NCBI GenBank assembly: GCA_038320555.1
Contig: JBBQEJ010000005.1
Location: forward strand, 5,357-69,356
DNA: 64,000 bases
Reading direction: 5' to 3'
DNA from: Vicinamibacterales bacterium
GTDB lineage: Bacteria > Acidobacteriota > Vicinamibacteria > Vicinamibacterales > 2-12-FULL-66-21
This document shows, piece after piece, positions 45,161-54,923 of the stretch. The position numbers were made by a program, and so were the translations under genes. The notes under the pieces are model-generated. The model saw only the letters and a list, made by a program, of their open reading frames with translations, made no database searches and was not told where the DNA came from. Numbering within the stretch: the first letter of the stretch is position 1; each line of letters opens with the position of its first letter.

Positions 45161-46444
45161 ATCCCCCCGGCCGAGGACGATGGCGCTGTTCTTCGAGCCG
45201 AAGCCGAGGCAGTTGCACAGCGCCGCCTCGGGCTGGGCGGCGCGGCCCCGGTTCGGAATGAAATCAAGATCGCAGTCAGGATCGGGATGCGCGTGGTTGA
45301 TGGTTGGAGGGAGGAACCCGTCACGCATCGCGAGCGAGGCCGTCACGATTCCCGCAGCGCCGCTCGCCCCCTGGGGGTGTCCGATCATCGACTTCGTCGA
45401 CGAGCCCGGCACGCGATCGGCGAGCGGACCAAACAGACGCCGCACGCAGCGCGACTCGACGGTGTCATTCAGGACCGTCGACGTGCCATGAAAATTCACG
45501 TATCCGATCTCTTCGATCCGGCGGCCCGATCGATCGATGGCCATCTGCATCGCGCGCACGATCTGCTCGCCGTCCGGATCCATCTGCACGCGATGATAGG
45601 CGTCGCACGTCGAGCCGTAGCCGTCAACCGTCGCGTAGATTCGGGCGCCCCGCGCCCGCGCGCGATCCTCGCGTTCGAGGACGAGCATCCACGCCCCTTC
45701 TCCCAGCACGAACCCGTCGCGGCCGCGCTCGAACGGCCGTGACGCCTCGGCCGGCCGATCGTTGTGGGCCGTCGAAACCGCGCGCATCTTGGAAAAGCCG
45801 AAGATCATGCCGGGTGTAACGCAGGCATCCGCGCCGCCTGACAGAATCACGTCCGCATCTCCCGCGCGGATGAGCGACGCGGCGTACGAGATCGCGTCAG
45901 TGGAGCTCGTGCAGCCCGTCGAGATTACATGGCTGATGCCGTGAAGCTCGAGCGCGATCGAGATCTCGCTCGACATCATGCCGACGATCGAGACGGGAAT
46001 CGCATACGGCGTGACGCGTTTCCAGCCGTCGGTGAAGAACTCGCAGTATTGGCGCTCGGCGACGTCGATTCCGCCGGCGCCGCTCCCGACGAGCACGCCG
46101 GCGCCCGGTTCGTTCAGGCGCAGGCCGGCGTCGTGCCAGGCCTCCGTCGCAGCGATCACGGCAATGAGGGAGGCTTTCGAATACCGGCGGGGATCCGCAC
46201 GGCCGTTCCGTTCGCTGCGTTCATCCGGCGCACGCTGTCCGATCGCGATGGCGTCGTCGATCGTGACGGCAGGCACCGGCGCCGCCACCGTGCAGGGATA
46301 CAGAGACGCGTCGAAGTCGACGATCGCGCGCGTGGCGCTGCAGCCGCTCCGCACGTGGCGCCAGAAGCAATCGCGACCGACGCCGAAAGGCGACACCACG
46401 CCGATGCCGGTGATGGCGACGCGCGGAATTCCTGAGCCAGCCAT
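45152..46444 (-). CDS. Beta-ketoacyl synthase, KAS I/II (FabF)-like, stand-alone
   Basis: ITGIGVVSPFG, active-site TGCTSS, NFHGTST, GHPQGASG (Cys-His-His triad). No ACP or chain-length-factor gene adjacent. Confidence 0.85.
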   Translation of the reverse strand: MAGSGIPRVAITGIGVVSPFGVGRDCFWRHVRSGCSATRAIVDFDASLYPCTVAAPVPAVTIDDAIAIGQRAPDERSERNGRADPRRYSKASLIAVIAATEAWHDAGLRLNEPGAGVLVGSGAGGIDVAERQYCEFFTDGWKRVTPYAIPVSIVGMMSSEISIALELHGISHVISTGCTSSTDAISYAASLIRAGDADVILSGGADACVTPGMIFGFSKMRAVSTAHNDRPAEASRPFERGRDGFVLGEGAWMLVLEREDRARARGARIYATVDGYGSTCDAYHRVQMDPDGEQIVRAMQMAIDRSGRRIEEIGYVNFHGTSTVLNDTVESRCVRRLFGPLADRVPGSSTKSMIGHPQGASGAAGIVTASLAMRDGFLPPTINHAHPDPDCDLDFIPNRGRAAQPEAALCNCLGFGSKNSAIVLGRGDRS

Positions 46445-46467
46445 CCTTCTATAATAGCGGCCGCACG

Positions 46468-47289
46468 ATGGCCGGGCTTACATGGTTCGACCACGCGCGA
46501 TACAATTCGAAAACCACGCCATACGGAATGGACGAGCGTCCCATCATCGGTTCCATGGAAAAAACGAGCCGCGCGGCAGTCATTTTCGCACCATCCCGTG
46601 GCGCCCTTATCACGGCTTTGGGCGGCGCCGCCGCTTTTGCCGCCTCCCTCGCCTACTTCCTCTATGCATACCTCGTGCGATTCGGGGTTACGACGGCCGA
46701 CACCGCGATTTGGCGTCCCGCCCTGACCGATATCGCGCTCTTCAGCGCCTTCGCCCTTCACCATAGCCTCTTTGCGCGAACGCCGCTCAAGGCCTGGGTA
46801 CGGCGGGTCGCGCCGCCCTTGCTCGAACGCTCACTCTACACCTGGGTCGCCAGCGCGATGTTTGCAGGCGTCTGCTGGTGGTGGATGCCGGTTCACGGGG
46901 AACTCTATCGACTCGAAGGCTATTGGCGATGGGTGGCGTGGAGCGTTCAAGCCGCAGGCGTCCTGCTGACCTTCCTGGGATCGCGCGCGCTTGATGTCCT
47001 GGAACTCGCGGGCGTCCGCGCCGTACTGACGGCACGTACCGCCCACGTTCCGCTCGAAACGTCAGGCGTCTTCGCTCTTGTTCGTCATCCGCTCTATTTC
47101 GGATGGGCGCTGTTCACGTTCGGCACACCGGATATGACCGCAACCCGCGCACTGTTCGCGGTCGTGAGTACCGGGTATCTCGCGCTCGCCATTCCGTGGG
47201 AAGAACGCGCACTGGTGACGACGTTTGGTCCCGAGTACGAGGCGTATCGGCGGACGACGCGATGGCGGATGTTGCCAGGCGTGTACTGA
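46468..47289 (+). CDS. ICMT/PEMT-superfamily membrane methyltransferase-like protein
   Basis: TSGVFALVRHPLYFGW...PWEERALVTTFGPEYEAYRRTT. The real start is probably internal (ATG 46528 or 46555). Confidence 0.65.
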   Translation: MAGLTWFDHARYNSKTTPYGMDERPIIGSMEKTSRAAVIFAPSRGALITALGGAAAFAASLAYFLYAYLVRFGVTTADTAIWRPALTDIALFSAFALHHSLFARTPLKAWVRRVAPPLLERSLYTWVASAMFAGVCWWWMPVHGELYRLEGYWRWVAWSVQAAGVLLTFLGSRALDVLELAGVRAVLTARTAHVPLETSGVFALVRHPLYFGWALFTFGTPDMTATRALFAVVSTGYLALAIPWEERALVTTFGPEYEAYRRTTRWRMLPGVY

Positions 47290-47412
47290 GGCGTGGAAAC
47301 GTCACGCGGCGACGATCGACTGCTGCGGTTAGAGGTTGGAACCCCCGCCGGCCACTGCGCACAGACCCCAACACATCTCGCGCATATCATAAGGTACACT
47401 TTCAGATCAGCG

Positions 47413-48972
47413 ATGTTGCCGCGTATCGTTACCGTTGCGCTCTTCTGGTTCCTGACCTCCGGCGCCGTACCCCCTCTAGTGGCGCGTCTGCCGGCTCCCA
47501 TCGAGGACGCGATTCGTCACGTCACGGCGGCCGAGCTAAGGGCGTACGTCACGATCCTGGCGAGCGATCAGCTGTCGGGGCGTGGACTCGGAGACGCAGG
47601 AAATCGCGAGGCTGAGCGCTACATCACCGCTACGCTGCGCGACGGGAAAGTGCTGGCGGCGGCGCCCGATTACACGCAGCCCGTCGAGGTCTTTGAGCCT
47701 CGACTGGGAACCGACGGCCGGTTGACCATCACCAAATCGGACCGGCCATTTGCCGAGCTGGCTGTCGGCTCGGACCTGCTGCCGCTTCCCCTCTCGAGCG
47801 ACCAGACAGCGAGCGGACCGCTCCTCTTCGTCGGACACGGCATCTCCGCGCCCGAACTCGATCACGACGACTACGCGGGCATCGACGCCCGCGGCGCGAT
47901 CGTCCTTGCGCTCGACGACGCGCCGGACGCGTTGCGCCGATCACTCCGTATCTCGAGCGAGGACCGGGGAGAAATCGCCGCGGTCGGCCGCAAGGCCGAC
48001 GATGCGCGCGCGCACGGCGCCGTTGGACTGATCGTGATCAGGTCGTATCTCGGAGATGCGCAGTACCTATGGCCCGAGCATCCGTCGGTCCGCGCCGCGA
48101 CATATCGGCTCTATGCGCCCATGCGCGAGAAGCCGCTCGCCGTGGCCGCCATCTCCCAGCGTGCGGCAGGTTCAGTACGACAGGCGCTCGAGCGGCGGCA
48201 GTCACTGCACGCCACCTTGCGTCCCGGCGTGCTGGCGACGCCGATCGTCATGGACAACATCCTCGCCATCGTCGAAGGCCGGCGCGCCTCCGCTGAGATG
48301 GTCGTCGTCGGGGCGCACATGGATCATGACGGCATCGACGACATGGGACGGATTTACAACGGCGCGGACGACAACGCCTCAGGGACGGCAGCCGTGCTTG
48401 CGATGGCGTCCGCCTTCACGCACGCCGCGGCGGAGGGCGCTCGTCCCGCGCGCGCCGTCGTGTTCGCGCTCTGGAATGGCGAAGAGAAGGGCTCGCTCGG
48501 CGCTGAGTACTATGCCGGCCATCCGGTCCCGGGCCGCCGCGTCGTCGCCAACGTGAACCTGGACATGATCGGACGCGACGAGGACATTCCCAATCCGGAC
48601 GATCCCCGCTTCCGTGGCTTCGAGAAGACCGCCGCGTCACAGAATACGAACGTCGTACATCTTCTCGGCTACACGTATTCGCCGGACCTCGCCCGTATCG
48701 CCGGGATCGCAAACGAGACGATCCACCTGACGATCAAGCAGGACTACGACCACGACTCACAGAACCTCGTGCGCCGGTCGGACAACTGGCCGTTCCTGCA
48801 GCGCGGCGTGCCCGCCGTTTTCCTGACGACCGGACTCCATCCGGACTACCACACGCCGGACGACGATACCGTCCGGATTGATTTCGCGAAGCTCGAACGG
48901 ATTACGGCGCTGGCGTCGCGCATCGCCTGGATGGCTGCCGACGGTGATGCGCCGCGATTCAAGGGGCAATGA
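47413..48972 (+). CDS. M28-family aminopeptidase with a PA domain, secreted
   Basis: Start MLPRIVTVALFWFL, then GAHMDHDG...GADDNASGTAAVL...LWNGEEKGSLGAEYY. Confidence 0.8.
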   Translation: MLPRIVTVALFWFLTSGAVPPLVARLPAPIEDAIRHVTAAELRAYVTILASDQLSGRGLGDAGNREAERYITATLRDGKVLAAAPDYTQPVEVFEPRLGTDGRLTITKSDRPFAELAVGSDLLPLPLSSDQTASGPLLFVGHGISAPELDHDDYAGIDARGAIVLALDDAPDALRRSLRISSEDRGEIAAVGRKADDARAHGAVGLIVIRSYLGDAQYLWPEHPSVRAATYRLYAPMREKPLAVAAISQRAAGSVRQALERRQSLHATLRPGVLATPIVMDNILAIVEGRRASAEMVVVGAHMDHDGIDDMGRIYNGADDNASGTAAVLAMASAFTHAAAEGARPARAVVFALWNGEEKGSLGAEYYAGHPVPGRRVVANVNLDMIGRDEDIPNPDDPRFRGFEKTAASQNTNVVHLLGYTYSPDLARIAGIANETIHLTIKQDYDHDSQNLVRRSDNWPFLQRGVPAVFLTTGLHPDYHTPDDDTVRIDFAKLERITALASRIAWMAADGDAPRFKGQ

Positions 48973-51335
48973 TGGCTGACGCTGAAGTTTCCACTCCCGC
49001 TCCCCAGACGCCCTCGCTCCCCTCGGAGCTGCCGGTTGTGCCGCTTCGAGAGACCGTCGTGCTGCCGATGACCGTCGCGCCGCTTGGCGTGGGGCGATCG
49101 ATTTCGGTAGAGGCGATCAACCGCGCGCTGGCCGGCGATCGGATGGTGCTGCTCCTGCTGCAGCGCGGGGAGGCGGATGAGCCCTCCCCCGACGATCTGC
49201 ACCGCGTGGGGACGGTCGCGATCATCCGCCAGATGGCCAAGGCGCCGACCGGCATGCGCGTGCTCGTCGAAGGTGTCGCCCGCGCACGCGCGGAGTTCCT
49301 CCAGAACGATCGCGGCTTCCTCCGAGCGCTGTTGAAGCCGCTTCCCGAAACGGCGGAACGATCGATCGATATCGACGCCCGGGTGCGGCGGCTGCAGGAG
49401 CTCGTGGACCGGGCGCTGTCGCTTGCAACCGGCTTGTCGCCCGACATCAAGACCCTCGTGATGAGCCTCGACGATCCGCTCCGGATCGCGTACCTCCTGG
49501 CCAGCCTGCTCGACATGAAAGCAGAGGACAAGCAGCGCCTTCTCGAGGAGAACAGCCTGACCGTGAAGCTGGACGCGGTCTCGATGGTACTGGCGCGTGA
49601 AATCGAAGTCCTCGAGCTCAAGGGGCAGATCGAATCCAAGGCGGAGAAGGAAATGACCGACGCGCAGCGCCAATACGTGCTGCGCCAGCAGATGAAGGCC
49701 ATTCAAACCGAGCTGGGCGAAGGGGACGGCGAGACGGCGGAGCTCCGCAAGCGCGTCGCCGAGGCGAATCTCCCCGACTCGGTCGCGGCCATCGCGAACC
49801 GCGAAGTCGACCGCCTCGAGCGAATGACTCCGGCGTCGCCCGAGTACCAGATGATCCGCACGTACCTGGACTGGGTACTCGACGTGCCGTGGGACAAGCC
49901 GACCGAGGACCGGCTGGATCCGATCGAGGCGCGTAAGGTCCTCGACATAGACCATTACGACCTCGACAAGGTCAAGGAACGCATCGTCGAGTACCTCGCG
50001 GTGCGGAAGCTCAAGGGGGACCTGAAGGGCCCGATCCTCTGCTTCGTGGGACCGCCGGGCGTCGGCAAGACGTCGCTCGGGCAGTCGATCGCGCGTTCGA
50101 TGAACCGGAAGTTCGTGCGTATCTCGCTCGGTGGCGTGCGCGACGAGGCGGAGATCCGCGGTCACCGGCGCACGTATATCGGATCGATGCCGGGCCGCAT
50201 CGTGACGGCGCTCAAGTCGGTAGGATCGTCGAACCCTGTGCTGATGCTCGACGAGATCGACAAGATCTCGGTGGGCGTTCAGGGCGATCCGGCGGCGGCG
50301 CTGCTCGAAGTGCTCGACCCCGCGCAGAACCACGCCTTCCGCGATCACTATCTCGAGATTCCGATCGACCTGTCCCGTGTCCTCTTCATTGCAACAGCAA
50401 ATCAGCTCGGGACGATTCACCCGGCGCTGCTGGATCGGATGGAAATCATCACGCTCAGCGGCTACACGGAAGACGACAAGGTCCACATCGCGAAGATGTA
50501 CCTGATCCCTCGGCAGCGTGAGGAGCACGGCCTCAAGCCTGAACACCTGGAGATCACGGACGCCGCGCTGCGGCGCATCATCATGGAGTACACCCGCGAG
50601 GCGGGCGTGCGGTCGATCGAACGGCAGATTGGCACCATCGCGCGGAAGGTCGCGGCGCGCGTGACAACCGACGCCGCGCACAGCGCGATCGTCGACGCGC
50701 CACAGGTGCCGGATTACCTCGGGCCGGCGCGATTCCGTTCGGAAGCCGCGTTCAGGACCTCGCGGCCCGGCGTCGCGACCGGCGTCGCCTGGACCGAAAC
50801 GGGCGGAGACGTGCTCTTCATCGAAGCGGTCCTGCTGCCGGGCGGCTCCGGACACCTGACGCTGACCGGACAGCTCGGCAACGTCATGCAGGAGTCCGCG
50901 CGCGCCGCGCTCAGCCACGTCCGGCAACAGTCGGAAGCGCTCGGGATCAAGCCCGACATGCTGACCCGGCACGACGTTCATGTGCACGTGCCGGCGGGCG
51001 CCATTCCCAAGGACGGTCCGTCGGCGGGCGTCACGATCGCGACCGCCATCGTGTCGGCCGCGCGCGGCGAACCGGTGCAATCCGACGTGGCGATGACGGG
51101 GGAAATCACGCTGTCAGGTCTCGTGCTGCCCGTGGGGGGCATTCGTGAAAAAGCCCTCGCGGCGCGGCGCTACGGCATCAAGACCTTCATCCTGCCGGAA
51201 ATGAACGAGCAGGATCTGGCGGAGCTGCCGCCGGATGTGCGCCGTGAGATGACATTCGTGCCGGCGCGCACGCTCGAGGACGTGCTGAAGGTCGCGCTCC
51301 CCGGCGTGCCGGTTCCTGACGTGCCCGTCGCGTAG
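48969..51335 (+). CDS. lon: ATP-dependent protease Lon (La)
   Basis: LON N-domain, GPPGVGKTS, and protease motif [19 protein letters not shown] overlap with the upstream gene. Confidence 0.95.
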   Translation: MMADAEVSTPAPQTPSLPSELPVVPLRETVVLPMTVAPLGVGRSISVEAINRALAGDRMVLLLLQRGEADEPSPDDLHRVGTVAIIRQMAKAPTGMRVLVEGVARARAEFLQNDRGFLRALLKPLPETAERSIDIDARVRRLQELVDRALSLATGLSPDIKTLVMSLDDPLRIAYLLASLLDMKAEDKQRLLEENSLTVKLDAVSMVLAREIEVLELKGQIESKAEKEMTDAQRQYVLRQQMKAIQTELGEGDGETAELRKRVAEANLPDSVAAIANREVDRLERMTPASPEYQMIRTYLDWVLDVPWDKPTEDRLDPIEARKVLDIDHYDLDKVKERIVEYLAVRKLKGDLKGPILCFVGPPGVGKTSLGQSIARSMNRKFVRISLGGVRDEAEIRGHRRTYIGSMPGRIVTALKSVGSSNPVLMLDEIDKISVGVQGDPAAALLEVLDPAQNHAFRDHYLEIPIDLSRVLFIATANQLGTIHPALLDRMEIITLSGYTEDDKVHIAKMYLIPRQREEHGLKPEHLEITDAALRRIIMEYTREAGVRSIERQIGTIARKVAARVTTDAAHSAIVDAPQVPDYLGPARFRSEAAFRTSRPGVATGVAWTETGGDVLFIEAVLLPGGSGHLTLTGQLGNVMQESARAALSHVRQQSEALGIKPDMLTRHDVHVHVPAGAIPKDGPSAGVTIATAIVSAARGEPVQSDVAMTGEITLSGLVLPVGGIREKALAARRYGIKTFILPEMNEQDLAELPPDVRREMTFVPARTLEDVLKVALPGVPVPDVPVA

Positions 51336-51394
51336 AGGTGTTGACCCCCAGCAAACTTGGCGGAAATGAGACAACTTTTTCAGGTCAAGACCGT

Positions 51395-51410
51395 CCCCGC
51401 GTCAGCGGGG
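51395..51410 (+). terminator. Short GC hairpin downstream of lon
   Basis: ccccgc-gtca-gcgggg followed by cgttatc (weak T-tract). Confidence 0.35.
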
Positions 51411-51482
51411 CGTTATCAAGGAATGCAATCTGGCGAGGCGGTGCCTCGACGGTCTGAGGCGCAGCCTCGCTAGCGCGGACTC

Positions 51483-52604
51483 GTGCCGTCCGTCTTCTTC
51501 TACATCTCGGGCCACGGCTTCGGACACGCGGCGCGCGAGATGGCGGTGATCAACGCGCTCGGCGCCCTCCTGCCCGATCACGCGATCGTCGTCCGCTCCT
51601 CTGCGCCGCGGTGGCTCTTCGACCAGACGGTCCGTGTCCCCATCAAGTTGCTCGACGGGGAAACGGACACGGGCGTCGTTCAGCTCGACAGCCTTCGTCT
51701 TGACGAGCCGGCCACGATTGCGCGCGCGGCGGAGTTCTATCGAGCCCTGGCCGGCCGGGCAGCCGCAGAAGCGAGCGTGCTTCGCGAACACGAGGCCAGG
51801 CTGGTCATCTCCGACGCCCCTCCGCTCGGCTGCGCGGCGGCTTCCCTCGCCGGGATCCCGTCGGTGGTGCTGTCGAATTTCACGTGGGACTGGATTTACG
51901 AGGCGTACGACAAAGAGCTCGCGGCCACGCCGGATCTGCTTCCGGCGATCCGCGGCGCTTACGCAGAGGCCACCGAAGCGTGGCGGCTCCCCATGCACGG
52001 CGGGTTTGCCACCGTTCGCCGCATCCTCGATGTGCCATTTGTCGCGCGCCACGCGCGCGCAGATCGCACGGCTCGCGAGGTGCGGTCCGATCTGTCCCTT
52101 CCGCTCGACACGCCGCTTGCGCTCGTGTCTTTCGGCGGCTACGGTGTGGCGGGTCTCCGCCTTGCCGAGCTCGACTGCCTCGACGCCGCCGGCGTCGTCG
52201 TCACCGCCCCCGCCGGGCAGATTGCCTCGATCGACGGACCCGTTCTGCGTGTGGCCGAAGAGGACATCTCCCGTCACGGACTGCGGTACGCCGACCTGAT
52301 CGCGGCGGTCGACGTCGTCGTTACGAAACCGGGCTACGGCATCATCGCGGACTCGGTCGCGAACCACACCGCGATGCTCTACACGTCGCGCGGCCGCTTC
52401 GCCGAGTACGACGTCATGGTCGCCGAGATGCCCCGATTCCTGCGCTGCGAGTACCTCGACCTCGAGTCGCTCCTCGCCGGCCGCTGGCGCGACGCGCTGA
52501 TTAGGCTGCTTCGTCAACCGCCTCCGCCGGAGCAGCCTCGAACCGATGGCGCCGAGGTCGTCGCGGATCTGATCGTCGAGAGACTTGCCGCTTTCCGCGG
52601 TTGA
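51483..52604 (+). CDS. GT-B-fold glycosyltransferase-like protein (UDP-glycosyltransferase/MGT-related)
   Basis: GTG start. FFYISGHGFGHAAREMAVINAL N-terminal motif and C-terminal VVTKPGYGIIADS. Confidence 0.55.
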   Translation: MPSVFFYISGHGFGHAAREMAVINALGALLPDHAIVVRSSAPRWLFDQTVRVPIKLLDGETDTGVVQLDSLRLDEPATIARAAEFYRALAGRAAAEASVLREHEARLVISDAPPLGCAAASLAGIPSVVLSNFTWDWIYEAYDKELAATPDLLPAIRGAYAEATEAWRLPMHGGFATVRRILDVPFVARHARADRTAREVRSDLSLPLDTPLALVSFGGYGVAGLRLAELDCLDAAGVVVTAPAGQIASIDGPVLRVAEEDISRHGLRYADLIAAVDVVVTKPGYGIIADSVANHTAMLYTSRGRFAEYDVMVAEMPRFLRCEYLDLESLLAGRWRDALIRLLRQPPPPEQPRTDGAEVVADLIVERLAAFRG

Positions 52605-52666
52605 AGCCAACGGAGTGAGCGGAGGGAGAGAGAGCACGTCGACCCCGTTAACTCTAGAGTGGCTGG

Positions 52667-52715
52667 TCTCTCGCGGAGATCGCCGAGCGATCTCGGCGCG
52701 AGAGGTTTTGAAACC
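52667..52715. mobile_element. Miniature derivative (copy C) of the MITE-like repeat: the two terminal arms only
   Basis: tctctcgcg-gagatcg-ccgag-cgatctc-gg-cgcgagag followed by gttttgaaacc. This matches the ends and flank of copies A and B with the internal roughly 130 bp absent. Confidence 0.65.
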
Positions 52716-52753
52716 ATTCCAGTAACCGGAAGTAGAATCTGCCCGAGGTCTGA

Positions 52754-54052
52754 ATGATCAGTCGCCGTTCGTTTCTCTCCATGTCTGCCGGGTTCCCGGT
52801 GCTGGTAGCGCAAAGACGCGGCGGCGCGCAGGCGCAGCAGATGGACGAGGCGCTGCCGGCGTCGCTCGCCGCGCTGACGTCGATGCGAGACCAGGCACGG
52901 CCGATTACGAGCGACCAACGGCGCGCCCGCATCGAGAAGGCCCGGCGGCTGATGGCCCGGCAGAAGATCGACGCCCTCATCCTGTCTGGCAGCACGTCAC
53001 TCGTCTACTTCACCAATATCCGCTGGGGCGGTGGCGAACGGTTGTTCGCCTGCATCATTCCCGGGAAGGGAGATCCCTTCTTCGTCTGCCCGGCCTTCGA
53101 GGAAGACCGCGCGCGCGAGCAGATCGCGCTCGGGCCGTTCGGCGGCGGGCGGGCGGATGTGCGCACGTGGAACGAGGACGAGAGTCCCTATACGCTCGTC
53201 GCGCAGGGCCTGAAGGATCGCGGCGTCGTCACCGGCACGGCAGGCGTCGAGGAAACGATGAAGTTCGTCTGGAGCGACGGCATTCGTTCGGCCGCTCCGC
53301 AGTTGCAGATCGTCAGCGGCACGCCGATCACCGCGGGCTGCCGCATGATCAAGGACGAGCACGAGCTCGAGCTCATGCGGCTCGCTTCGGCAGCCACGCT
53401 GAAAGTCTACGAGGCCGTGTATCGCGCGCTGCAGCCCGGCATGACGCAGACTCAGGTGTCGCGCCTGATTGACGCCGGGTATCGGCGCGTCGGCTTCCCC
53501 GGTGAGGCCAGCGTGCAGGTTGGCGAGTACACCGCGCTCCCCCACGGTTCCATCACGCCGCAAACCATTCGCGACGGCACGATCATCATGATCGACGACG
53601 GGTGCAGCGTCGAGGGCTACCAGTCCGACATCACGCGCACCTTCGTGCTCGGAAAGCCGACCCCGAAGATGAACACGGTCTTCGACGTCGTCAAACGGGC
53701 CCAGACCGCCGCGCTCCAGGCCGCGCGTCCCGGTGTACCGCTCGAGTCCATCGATGCAGCCGCGCGCAGAATCGTCACCGATGCGGGGTACGGCCCCGGC
53801 TTCACGTACTTCAGCCACCGCCTGGGGCACGGCATGGGGATGGACGGCCATGAATGGCCGTACCTCGTGAAGAACAACATGTTCGGATGGGACAAGGCGC
53901 TGACGGCACAGCCGGGCATGGTCTTCAGCGACGAACCGGGAATTTACATCCGCGGCGAGTTCGGCGTGCGTCTGGAAGACGACATGTATATCACCGGCGA
54001 CGGCGCGAAGCTGTTCACGCCGCAGTCGGAGTCGCTGGAGAAGCCGTTTTAG
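52754..54052 (+). CDS. M24-family Xaa-Pro peptidase with a Tat-type signal
   Basis: MISRRSFLSMSAG, then a creatinase/prolidase N-domain and HRLGHGMGMDGHE...EPGIY...RLED. Confidence 0.8.
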   Translation: MISRRSFLSMSAGFPVLVAQRRGGAQAQQMDEALPASLAALTSMRDQARPITSDQRRARIEKARRLMARQKIDALILSGSTSLVYFTNIRWGGGERLFACIIPGKGDPFFVCPAFEEDRAREQIALGPFGGGRADVRTWNEDESPYTLVAQGLKDRGVVTGTAGVEETMKFVWSDGIRSAAPQLQIVSGTPITAGCRMIKDEHELELMRLASAATLKVYEAVYRALQPGMTQTQVSRLIDAGYRRVGFPGEASVQVGEYTALPHGSITPQTIRDGTIIMIDDGCSVEGYQSDITRTFVLGKPTPKMNTVFDVVKRAQTAALQAARPGVPLESIDAAARRIVTDAGYGPGFTYFSHRLGHGMGMDGHEWPYLVKNNMFGWDKALTAQPGMVFSDEPGIYIRGEFGVRLEDDMYITGDGAKLFTPQSESLEKPF

Positions 54053-54110
54053 AATCTATGAATTGGCGAACTGGTCAATTCACCTAGTTCGATACTTCAC
54101 TAATTCCCAA

Positions 54111-54905
54111 TTACTTGATCACGGTCACGAGCGACCAGATCTTCGGGATATTGACCTTCTCGATCGACTGAGGCCGCAACTCGGCCTGCGCGAGGAACGC
54201 CGGCAGATCCAGATCCGCCTTGAACCCGATGTGAATCGTGAACGGCGAAATCAGCCGCTCGATTCTTGACAGGATGGCGTTCGGACTGAGGAAGTGATTC
54301 AGGACGATGATGCGGCCGCCGGGCCGGCACACGCGGCGCATTTCGTGCGCTACCTTCACGGGATCCGGCACGACGCTGATCAGGTACGGCGCGTAGACGA
54401 TATCAAAGGAGTCGTCGGCGAATTTCAGATCCGCCGCGTCCATCTGCAGCAGACGGACGTTTCGAACGTCCTTTCGGGCTGCGCGCTCCCGCGCAATCTC
54501 GAGCATTGGCCCGCTGAAGTCGATGCCGACAACCGAACAGTTCTTCGGGTAGAGCGACAGGTTGATGCCGGTCCCGACGCCGACCTCGAGGACCCGTTCG
54601 CCCGACTGGATGTCCATGCGCTCGATCGCCTGAAGCCTGCCCGGATGCAGCGTGGGCCCGAAGGTGATGTCGTACACCTTCGCCAGCTTGTCGTAGACCT
54701 CTTCAACGAAGTCGTTCTCGACGGCAATCACCGACAACGCGCGCGTCAAGGCATCCGACCCCGACGCTAGTTCGTCCGACGAATCGACTTTGCGATCGAA
54801 TAAGGGCATCAGAACCCCAGTATGGCGGAACACACGAAAAGACCGCTCGTCTCCAGAACGAGCGGCGAGTTTTTGGACTATATCGCGTAAGTATGGATGG
54901 GGCAA
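54111..54905 (-). CDS. Class I SAM-dependent methyltransferase (phospholipid N-methyltransferase/UbiE-like)
   Basis: VLEVGVGTGINL...VVGIDFSGPML...RPGGRIIVLNHF. The start is uncertain (alternative ATG at 54809). Confidence 0.7.
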   Translation of the reverse strand: MPHPYLRDIVQKLAARSGDERSFRVFRHTGVLMPLFDRKVDSSDELASGSDALTRALSVIAVENDFVEEVYDKLAKVYDITFGPTLHPGRLQAIERMDIQSGERVLEVGVGTGINLSLYPKNCSVVGIDFSGPMLEIARERAARKDVRNVRLLQMDAADLKFADDSFDIVYAPYLISVVPDPVKVAHEMRRVCRPGGRIIVLNHFLSPNAILSRIERLISPFTIHIGFKADLDLPAFLAQAELRPQSIEKVNIPKIWSLVTVIK

Positions 54906-54923
54906 GCGCGACGGGACAAAGGA

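Noticed and set aside
48846-51080. 744-aa ORF on the minus strand
   Set aside because: It is antisense to lon, which has unambiguous Walker and protease motifs. It is a shadow ORF.
51402-52637. 411-aa ORF on the minus strand
   Set aside because: It is antisense to the glycosyltransferase-like gene and its composition is Arg/Asp/Gly-rich. The plus-strand frame has the better codon bias and a recognisable N-terminal GHGFGH motif.
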